From Azolla caroliniana (Eukaryota; Plantae; Polypodiophyta): a DNA stretch of 64,000 nt. Numbering within the stretch: the first letter of the stretch is position 1; each line of letters starts with the position of its first letter. Shown here piece after piece: positions 53,633-64,000 of the stretch. Made by a program: the position numbers and the translations under genes. The notes under the pieces were generated by a model, which was given only the letters and a program-made list of their open reading frames with translations, was not told the DNA's origin and ran no database searches. The stretch is from contig JBHGNT010000006.1 in assembly GCA_043228905.1 (NCBI GenBank), forward strand, positions 124,001 to 188,000. Reading direction: 5' to 3'.

Positions 53633-56600
53633 AATTCCATATCATAGCTAGCGTTGTTAGCTTCGATTCGCATGTTTGTACACAAAAATCCGATATCACA
53701 CGAGCCAGGTATGAACATTTTAATTTACTTAAGGGCTCCTCTCAACTCACTCCTCAAATTTGGTAATTACGTCATGTCTCTCGACCTGAGTTTCAAAATC
53801 TTGATTTTTTAATTCTATATGATAGCTAGCGTTGTTAGCTTCGATTCGCATGTTTGAACACAAAAATCCGATATCACACGAGCCAGGTATGAACATTTTA
53901 ATTTACCTACTAGCTCTTCTCAACTCAATCCTCAAATTTGGTAATTTCGTCATGTCTCTCGACCTGAGTTTCAAAATCTTGATTTTTTAATTCCATATCA
54001 TAGCTAGCGTTGTTAGCTTCGATTCGCATGTTTGTACACAAAAATCTGATATCACACGAGCCAGGTATGAACATTTTTATTTACCTACTAGCTCTTCTCA
54101 ACTCACTCCTCAAATTTGGTAATTACGTCATGTCTCTCGAGCTGATTTTCAAAATCTTGATTTTTTAATTCTATATGATAGCAAGCATTGTTAGCTTCCA
54201 TTCGCATGTTTGAATACAAAAATCCGATATCACACGAGCTAGGTATGAACATTTTAATTTACTCAAGGACTCCTCTCAACTGACTCCTCAAATTTGGTAA
54301 TTTCGTCATGTCTCTCGACCTGAGTTTCAGAATCTTGATTTTTTAATTCCATATCATAGCTAGCGTTGTTAGCTTCGATTCGCATGTTTGAATATAAAAA
54401 TCCGATGTCACACGAGCCAGGTATGAACATTTTAATTTACCTACTAGCTCTTCTCAACTCACTCCTCAAATTTGGTAATTTTGTCATGTCTCTCGACCTG
54501 AGTTTCAGAATTTTGATTTTTTAATTCCATATCATAGCTAGCGTTGTTAGCTTCGATTTGCATGTTTGAATATAAAAATCCGATGTCACACGAGCCAGGT
54601 ATGAACATTTTAATTTACCTACTAGCACTTCTCAACTCAGTTCTCATATTTGGTAATTTCGTCATGTCTCTCGACCTGAGTTTCAAAATCTTGATTTTTT
54701 AATTCTATATGATAGCTAGCGTTGTTAGCTTCGATTCGCATGTTTGAACATAAAAATCCGATATCACACGAGCCAGGTATGAACATTTTTATTTACCTAC
54801 TAGCTCTTCTCAACTCAATCCTCAAATTTGGTAATTTCGTCATGTCTCTCGACCTTAGTTTCAAAATCTTGATTTTTTAATTCCATATCATAGCTAACGT
54901 TGTTAGCTTCGATTCGCATGTTTGAACACAAATATCCGATATCACACGAGCCAGGTATGAACATTTTAATTTACTCAAGGGCTCCTCTCAACTCACTCCT
55001 GAAATTTGGTAATTACGTCATGTCTCTCGACCTGAGTTTCAAAATCTTGATTTTTTAATTCTATATGATAGCTAGCGTTGTTAGCTTCGATTCGCATGTT
55101 TGAACACAAAAATCCGATATCACACGAGCCAGGTATGAACATTTTAATTTACCTACTAGCTCTTCTCAACTCAATCCTCAAATTTGGTAATTTCTTCATG
55201 TCTCTCGACCTGAGTTTCAAAATCTTGATTTTTTAATTCTATATCATAGCTAGCGTTGCTAGCTTCGATTCGCATGTTTGTACACAAAAATCCGATATCA
55301 CAGGAGCCAGGTATGAACATTTTTATTTACTCAAGGGCTCCTCTCAACTCACTCCTCAAATTTGGTAATTACGTCATGTCTCTCGACCTGAGTTTCAAAA
55401 TCTTGATTTTTTAATTTCATATCATAGCTAGCGTTGTTAGCTTCGATTTGCATGTTTGAACACAAAAATCCGATATCACACGAGCCAGGTATGAACATTT
55501 TAATTTACTCAAGCGCTCCTCTCAACTCACTCCTCAAATTTGGTAATTACGTCATGTCTCTGGACCTGAGTTTCAAAATCTTGATTTTTTAATTCCATAT
55601 GATAGCTAGCGTTGTTAGCTTCGATTCGCATGTTTGAACACAAAAATCCGATATCACACGAGCCAGGTATGAACATTTTAAGTTACCTACTAGCTCTTCT
55701 CAACTGAGTTCTCAAATTTGGTAATTTCGTCATGTCTCTCGACCTGAGTTTCAAAATCTTGATTTATTAATTCTATATGATAGCTAGCGTTGTTAGCTTC
55801 GATTCGCATGTTTGAACATAAAAATCCGATATCACACGAGCCAGGTATGAACATTTTAATTTACCTACTAGCTCTTCTCAACTGAATGCTCAAATTTGGT
55901 AATTTCGTCATGTCTCTCGACCTTAGTTTCAAAATCTTGATTTTTTAATTCCATATCATAGATAGCGTTGTTAGCTTCGATTCGCATGTTTGAACACAAA
56001 TATCCGATATCACACGAGCCAGGTATGAACATTTTAATTTACTCAAGGGCTCCTCTCAACTCACTCCTGAAATTTGGTAATTACGTCATGTCTCTCGACC
56101 TGAGTTTCAAAATCTTGATTTTTTAATTCTATATGATAGCTAGCGTTGTTAGCTTCGATTCGCATGTTTGAACACAAAAATCCGATATCACACGAGCCAG
56201 GTATGAACATTTTAATTTACCTACTAGCTCTTCTCAACTCAATCCTCAAATTTGGTAATTTCGTCATGTCTCTCGGCCTGAGTTTCAAAATCTTGATTTT
56301 TTAATTCCATATCATAGCTAGCGTTGTTAGCTTCGATTTGCATGTTTGTACACAAAAATCCAATATCACACGAGCCAGGTATGAACATTTTTATTTACCT
56401 ACTAGCTCTTCTCAACTCAATCCTCAAATTTGGTAATTTCGTCATGTCTCTCGACCTGAGTTTCAAAATCTTGATTTTTTAATTCCATATCATAGCTAGC
56501 GTTGTTAGCTTCGATTCGCATGTTTGTACACAAAAATCCGATATCACACGAGCCAGGTATGAACATTTTAATTTACCCAAGGGCTCCTCTCAACTCACTC

Positions 56601-57493
56601 CTGAAATTTGGTAATTTCGTCATGTCTCTCGACCTGAGTTTCAAAATCTTGATTTTTTAATTCTATATGATAGCTAGCGTTGTTAGCTTCGATTCGCATG
56701 TTTGAACACAAAAATCCGATATCACACGAGCCAAGTATGAACATTTTAATTTACCTACTAGCTCTTCTCAACTCAATCCTCAAATTTGGTAATTTCGTCA
56801 TGTCTCTCGACCTGAGTTTCAAAATCTTGATTTTTTAATTCCATATCATAGCTAGCGTTGTTAGCTTCGATTCGCATGTTTGTACACAAAAATCTGATAT
56901 CACACGAGCCAGGTATGAACATTTTTATTTACCTACTAGCTCTTCTCAACTCACTCCTCAAATTTGGTAATTACGTCATGTCTCTCGAGCTGAGTTTCAA
57001 AATCTTCATTTTTTAATTCTATATGATAGCTAGCATTGTTAGCTTCGATTCGCATGTTTGAACACAAAAATCCAATAGCACACGAGCCAGGTATGAACAT
57101 TTTAATTTACTCAAGGACTCCTCTCAACTGACTCCTCAAATTTGGTAATTTCGTCATGTCTCTCGACCTGAGTTTCAGAATCTTGATTTTTTAATTCCAT
57201 ATCATAGCTAGCGTTGTTAGCTTCGATTCGCATGTTTGAATATAAAAATCCGATGTCACACGAGCCAGGTATGAACATTTTAATTTACCTACTAGCTCTT
57301 CTCAACTCAGTTCTCAAATTTGGTAATTTCGTCATGTCTCTCGACCTGAGTTTCAAAATCTTGATTTTTTAATTCTATATGATAGCTAGCGTTGTTAGCT
57401 TCGATTCGCATGTTTGAACACAAAAATCCGATATCACACGAGCCAGGTATGAACATTTTTATTTACCTACTAGCTCTTCTCAACTCAATGCTC

Positions 57494-60400
57494 AAATTTG
57501 GTAATTTTGTCATGTCTCTCGACCTGAGTTTCAAAATCTTGATTTTTTAATTCCATATCATAGCTAACGTTGTTAGCTTCGATTCGCATGTTTGTACACA
57601 AAAATCCGATATCACAGGAGCCAGGTATGAACATTTGAATTTACCTACTAGCTCTTCTCATCTCAATCCTCAAATTTGGTAATTTCGTCATGTCTCTCGA
57701 CCTGAGTTTCAAAATCTTGATTTTTTAATTCCATATCATAGCTAGCGTTGTTAGCTTCGATTTGCATGTTTGTACACAAAAATCCAATATCACACGAGCC
57801 AGGTATGAACATTTTTATTTACCTACTAGCTCTTCTCAACTCACTCCTCAAATTTGGTAATTACGTCATGTCTCTCGAGCTGAGTTTCAAAATCTTCATT
57901 TTTTAATTCTATATGATAGCTAGCATTGTTAGCTTCGATTCGCATGTTTGAACACAAAAATCCAATATCACACGAGCCAGGTATGAACATTTTAATTTAC
58001 CTACTAGCTCTTCTCAACTCACTCCTCAAATTTGGTAATTTCGTCATGTCTCTCGACCTGAGTTTCAGAATCTTGATTTTTTAATTCCATATCATAGCTA
58101 GCGTTGTTAGCTTCGATTCGCATGTTTGTACTCAAAAATCCGATGTCACACGAGCCAGGTATGAACATTTTTATTTACCTACTAGCTCTTCTCAACTCAA
58201 TCCTCAAATTTGGTAATTTCGTCATGTCTCTCGACCTGAGTTTCAAAATCTTGATTTTTTAATTCTATATGATAGCTAGCGTTGTTAGCTTCGATTCGCA
58301 TGTTTGAACACAAAAATCCGATATCACACGAGCCAGGTATGAACATTTTAATTTACCTACTAGCTCTTCTCAACACAATCCTCAAATTTTGTAATTTCGT
58401 CATGTCTCTCGACCTGAGTTTCAAAATCTTGATTTTTTAATTCCATATCATAGCTAGCGTTGTTAGCTTCGATTCGCATGTTTGAACATAAAAATCCGAT
58501 ATCACACGAGCCAGGTATGAACATTTTTATCTACCTACTAGCTCTTCTCAACTCAATGCTCAAATTTGGTAATTTCGTCATGTCTCTCGACCTTAGTTTC
58601 AAAATCTTGATTTTTTAATTCCATATCATAGCTAGCGTTGTTAGCTTCGATTCGCATGTTTGAACACAAATATCCGATATCACACGAGCCAGGTATGAAC
58701 ATTTTAATTTACTCAAGGGCTCCTCTCAACTCACTCCTGAAATTTGGTAATTACGTCATGTCTCTCGACCTGAGTTTCAAAATCTTGATTTTTTAATTCT
58801 ATATGATAGCTAGCGTTGTTAGCTTCGATTCGCATGTTTGTACTCAAAAATCCGATGTCACACGAGCCAGGTATGAACATTTTTATTTACCTACTAGCTC
58901 TTCTCAACTCAATCCTCAAATTTGGTAATTTCGTCATGTCTCTCGACCTGAGTTTCAAAATCTTGATTTTTTAATTCTATATGATAGCTAGCGTTGTTAG
59001 CTTCGATTCGCATGTTTGAACACAAAAATCCGATATCACACGAGCCAGGTATGAACATTTTAATTTACCTACTAGCTCTTCTCAACTCAATCCTCAAATT
59101 TTGTAATTTCGTCATGTCTCTCGACCTGAGTTTCAAAATCTTGATTTTTTAATTCCATATCATAGCTAGCGTTGTTAGCTTCGATTCGCATGTTTGAACA
59201 TAAAAATCCGATATCACACGAGCCAGGTATGAACATTTTTATTTACCTACTAGCTCTTCTCAACTGAATGCTCAAATTTGGTAATTTCGTCATGTCTCTC
59301 GACCTTAGTTTCAAAATCTTGATTTTTTAATTCCATATCATAGCTAGCGTTGTTAGCTTCGATTCGCATGTTTGAATATAAAAATCCGATGTCACACGAG
59401 CCAGGTATGAACATTTTAATTTACCTACTAGCTCTTCTCAACTCACTCCTCAAATTTGGTAATTTTGTCATGTCTCTCGACCTGAGTTTCAGAATCTTGA
59501 TTTTTTAATTCCATATCATAGCTAGCGTTGTTAGCTTCGATTGGCATGTTTGAATATAAAAATCCGATGTCACACGAGCCAGGTATGAACATTTTAATTT
59601 ACCTACTAGCTCTTCTCAACTCAGTTCTCATATTTGGTAATTTCGTCATGTCTCTCGACCTGAGTTTCAAAATCTTGATTTTTTAATTCTATATGATAGC
59701 TAGCGTTGTTAGCTTCGATTCGCATGTTTGTACTCAAAAATCCGATGTCACACGAGCCAGGTATGAACATTTTTATTTACCTACTAGCTCTTCTCAACTC
59801 ACTCCTCAAATTTGGTAATTTCGTCATGTCTCTCGACCTGAGTTTCAGAATCTTGATTTTTTAATTCCATATCATAGCTAGCGTTGTTAGCTTCGATTCG
59901 CATGTTTGTACTCAAAAATCCGATGTCACACGAGCCAGGTATGAACATTTTTATTTACCTACTAGCTCTTCTCAACTCAATCCTCAAATTTGGTAATTTC
60001 GTCATGTCTCTCGACCTGAGTTTCAAAATCTTGATTTTTTAATTCTATATGATAGCTAGCGTTGTTAGCTTCGATTCGCATGTTTGAACACAAAAATCCG
60101 ATATCACACGAGCCAGGTATGAACATTTTTATTTACCTACTAGCTCTTCTCAACTGAATGCTCAAATTTGGTAATTTCGTCATGTCTCTCGACCTTAGTT
60201 TCAAAATCTTGATTTTTTAATTCCATATCATAGCTAGCGTTGTTAGCTTCGATTCGCATGTTTGAATATAAAAATCCGATGTCACACGAGCCAGGTATGA
60301 ACATTTTAATTTACCTACTAGCTCTTCTCAACTCACTCCTCAAATTTGGTAATTTTGTCATGTCTCTCGACCTTAGTTTCAAAATCTTGATTTTTTAATT

Positions 60401-62400
60401 CCATATCATAGCTAGCGTTGTTAGCTTCGATTCGCATGTTTGAACACAAATATCCGATATCACACGAGCCAGGTATGAACATTTTAATTTACTCAAGGGC
60501 TCCTCTCAACTCACTCCTGAAATTTGGTAATTTTGTCATGTCTATCGACCTGAGTTTCAAAATCTTGATTTTTTAATTCCATATCATAGCTAACGTTGTT
60601 AGCTTCGATTCGCATGTTTGTACACAAAAATCCGATATCACAGGAGCCAGGTATGAACATTTGAATTTACCTACTAGCTCTTCTCATCTCAATCCTCAAA
60701 TTTGGTAATTACGTCATGTCTCTCGACCTGAGTTTCAAAATCTTGATTTTTTAATTCTATATGATAGCTAGCGTTGTTAGCTTCGATTTGCATGTTTGTA
60801 CACAAAAATCCAATATCACACGAGCCAGGTATGAACATTTTTATTTACCTACTAGCTCTTCTCAACTCACTCCTCAAATTTGGTAATTACGTCATGTCTC
60901 TCGAGCTGAGTTTCAAAATCTTCATTTTTTAATTCTATATGATAGCTAGCATTGTTAGCTTCGATTCGCATGTTTGAACACAAAAATCCAATATCACACG
61001 AGCCAGGTATGAACATTTTAATTTACCTACTAGCTCTTCTCAACTCACTCCTCAAATTTGGTAATTTCGTCATGTCTCTCGACCTGAGTTTCAGAATCTT
61101 GATTTTTTAATTCCATATCATAGCTAGCGTTGTTAGCTTCGATTCGCATGTTTGTACTCAAAAATCCGATGTCACACGAGCCAGGTATGAACATTTTTAT
61201 TTACCTACTAGCTCTTCTCAACTCAATCCTCAAATTTGGTAATTTCGTCATGTCTCTCGACCTGAGTTTCAAAATCTTGATTTTTTAATTCTATATGATA
61301 GCTAGCGTTGTTAGCTTCGATTCGCATGTTTGAACACAAAAATCCGATATCACACGAGCCAGGTATGAACATTTTAATTTACCTACTAGCTCTTCTCAAC
61401 TCAATCCTCAAATTTTGTAATTTCGTCATGTCTCTCGACCTGAGTTTCAAAATCTTGATTTTTTAATTCCATATCATAGCTAGCGTTGTTAGCTTCGATT
61501 CGCATGTTTGAACATAAAAATCCGATATCACACGAGCCAGGTATGAACATTTTTATCTACCTACTAGCTCTTCTCAACTCAATGCTCAAATTTGGTAATT
61601 TCGTCATGTCTCTCGACCTTAGTTTCAAAATCTTGATTTTTTAATTCCATATCATAGCTAGCGTTGTTAGCTTCGATTCGCATGTTTGAACACAAATATC
61701 CGATATCACACGAGCCAGGTATGAACATTTTAATTTACTCAAGGGCTCCTCTCAACTCACTCCTGAAATTTGGTAATTACGTCATGTCTCTCGACCTGAG
61801 TTTCAAAATCTTGATTTTTTAATTCTATATGATAGCTAGCGTTGTTAGCTTCGATTCGCATGTTTGTACTCAAAAATCCGATGTCACACGAGCCAGGTAT
61901 GAACATTTTTATTTACCTACTAGCTCTTCTCAACTCAATCCTCAAATTTGGTAATTTCGTCATGTCTCTCGACCTGAGTTTCAAAATCTTGATTTTTTAA
62001 TTCTATATGATAGCTAGCGTTGTTAGCTTCGATTCGCATGTTTGAACACAAAAATCCGATATCACACGAGCCAGGTATGAACATTTTAATTTACCTACTA
62101 GCTCTTCTCAACTCAATCCTCAAATTTGGTAATTTCGTCATGTCTCTCGACCTGAGTTTCAAAATCTTGATTTTTTAATTCCATATCATAGCTAGCGTTG
62201 TTAGCTTCGATTCGCATGTTTGAACATAAAAATCCGATATCACACGAGCCAGGTATGAACATTTTTATTTACCTACTAGCTCTTCTCAACTGAATGCTCA
62301 AATTTGGTAATTTCGTCATGTCTCTCGACCTTAGTTTCAAAATCTTGATTTTTTAATTCCATATCATAGCTAGCGTTGTTAGCTTCGATTCGCATGTTTG
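57494..62400. repeat. ~10-monomer block (~57494-59375) repeated at a 17-monomer (3026 bp) offset (~60520-62400)
   Basis: The first C of TTTTATCTACC is at 58531/61557. GCTAACGTT at 57563/60589, CACAGGAGCC at 57613/60639, CAAATTTTGT at 58383/61409. Confidence 0.82.
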
Positions 62401-63830
62401 AACACAAATATCCGATATCACACGAGCCAGGTATGAACATTTTAATTTACTCAAGGGCTCCTCTCAACTCACTCCTGAAATTTGGTAATTACGTCATGTC
62501 TCTCGACCTGAGTTTCAAAATCTTGATTTTTTAATTCTATATGATAGCTAGCGTTGTTAGCTTCGATTCGCATGTTTGAACACAAAAATCCGATATCACA
62601 CGAGCCAGGTATGAACATTTTAATTTAGCTACTAGCTCTTCTCAACTCAATCCTCAAATTTGGTAATTTCGTCATGTCTCTCGGCCTGAGTTTCAAAATC
62701 TTGATTTTTTAATTCCATATCATAGCTAGCGTTGTTAGCTTCGATTTGCATGTTTGTACACAAAAATCCAATATCACACGAGCCAGGTATGAACATTTTT
62801 ATTTACCTACTAGCTCTTCTCAACTCACTCCTCAAATTTGGTAATTACGTCATGTCTCTCGAGCTGAGTTTCAAAATCTTCATTTTTTAATTCTATATGA
62901 TAGCTAGCATTGTTAGCTTCGATTCGCATGTTTGAACACAGAAATCCGATATCACACGAGCCAGGTATGAACATTTTAATTTACCTACTAGCTCTTCTCA
63001 ACTCACTCCTCAAATTTGGTAATTTCGTCATGTCTCTCGACCTGAGTTTCAAAATCTTGATTTTTTAATTCCATATCATAGCTAGCGTTGTTAGCTTCGA
63101 TTCGCATGTTTGAACATAAAAATCCGATATCACACGAGCCAGGTATGAACATTTTTATTTACCTACTAGCTCTTCTCAACTGAATGCTCAAATTTGGTAA
63201 TTTCGTCATGTCTCTCGACCTTAGTTTCAAAATCTTGATTTTTTAATTCCATATCATAGCTAGCGTTGTTAGCTTCGATTCGCATGTTTGAACACAAAAA
63301 TCCGATATCACACGAGCCAGGTATGAACATTTTAATTTACTCAAGGGCTCCTCTCAACTCACTCCTGAAATTTGGTAATTACGTCATGTCTCTCGACCTG
63401 AGTTTCAAAATCTTGATTTTTTAATTCTATATGATAGCTAGCGTTGTTAGCTTCGATTCGCATGTTTGAACACAAAAATCCGATATCACACGAACCAGGT
63501 ATGAACATTTTAATTTAGCTACTAGCTCTTCTCAACTCAATCCTCAAATTTGGTAATTTCGTCATGTCTCTCGGCCTGAGTTTCAAAATCTTGATTTTTT
63601 AATTCCATATCATAGCTAGCGTTGTTAGCTTCGATTGGCATGTTTGTACACAAAAATCCAATATCACACGAGCCAGGTATGAACATTTTTATTTACCTAC
63701 TAGCTCTTCTCAACTCACTCCTCAAATTTGGTAATTACGTCATGTCTCTCGAGCTGAGTTTCAAAATCTTCATTTTTTAATTCTATATGATAGCTAGCAT
63801 TGTTAGCTTCGATTCGCATGTTTGAACACA
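62117..63830. repeat. 5-monomer (890 bp) tandem duplication, slightly diverged
   Basis: AATTTAGCTACT at 62622/63512. CTCGGCCT and AATCTTCATTTT are also 890 apart. Confidence 0.82.
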
Positions 63831-63855
63831 AAAATCCAATATCACACGAGCCAGG

Positions 63856-63913
63856 TATGAACATTTTAATTTACCTACTAGCTCTATGAACATTTTTATT
63901 TACCTACTAGCTC
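63856..63913. other. Out-of-register junction (+29 bp): TATGAACATT..CTAGCTC segment present twice in tandem
   Basis: 63856-63884 TATGAACATTTTAATTTACCTACTAGCTC is directly followed by 63885-63913 TATGAACATTTTTATTTACCTACTAGCTC. Confidence 0.93.
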
Positions 63914-64000
63914 TTCTCAACTCACTCCTCAAATTTGGTAATTACGTCATGTCTCTCGAGCTGAGTTTCAAAATCTTCATTTTTTAATTCTATATGATAG

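Larger units (their letters stand above)
1..64000. repeat. 178-bp monomer tandem satellite DNA array (~359 monomers, single orientation), probable eukaryotic heterochromatic/centromeric-type satellite; family unassigned
   Basis: TGAATGCTCAAATTTGG recurs at 1 and 179. The T following CCAGG lies at 142 in monomer 1 and at 63856 near the end. The difference of 63714 equals 358x178-10, matching the three small deletions seen. The array runs off both window ends. Confidence 0.99.

Noticed and set aside
1-64000. CRISPR array or other repeat-spacer system
   Set aside because: There are no unique spacers. The whole 178-bp unit is repeated with only point variants, and no cas or other genes are present.
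1-64000. Transposon insertion, inversion, telomeric repeat, 5S rDNA or tRNA-derived unit
   Set aside because: The register arithmetic (358x178-10) leaves no room for inserted sequence. No reverse-orientation monomers, TTTAGGG/TTAGGG tracts, or 5S or tRNA motifs were seen.
1-64000. A single fixed HOR period across the array
   Set aside because: Periods are local and varied (5, 6, 9, 24, 25, 37), each with only 2-3 copies.

Overview
The whole 64 kb window is one uninterrupted, single-orientation, head-to-tail satellite DNA array. It holds about 359 copies of an AT-rich 178-bp monomer (about 35% GC, counted by hand on the first monomer). Monomer 1-178 begins TGAATGCTCAAATTTGGTAATTTCGTCATGTCTCTCGACCTGAGTTTCAAAATCTTGATTTTTTAATTCC. 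The nucleosome-sized unit and CpG-type variants suggest eukaryotic centromeric, pericentromeric or subtelomeric heterochromatin, possibly plant, but I could not assign the family or species. I found no credible genes, RNA genes, transposons, CRISPR arrays or inversions, and all listed ORFs are satellite artefacts. The information lies in the variant pattern. There are nested and local higher-order repeats: a 6-mer inside a 24-mer, two 5-mers, a 5+4 9-mer, a 25-mer inside a 37-mer, and a block repeated at a 17-monomer offset. There are also dispersed in-register block copies and a switch in variant repertoire near 23 kb. A dimorphic 11-bp cassette splits the monomers into two classes, and only four register-changing events occur (-8, -1, -1, +29 bp). 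Block boundaries were read by eye and are approximate. I see no evidence for a novel protein-coding system.
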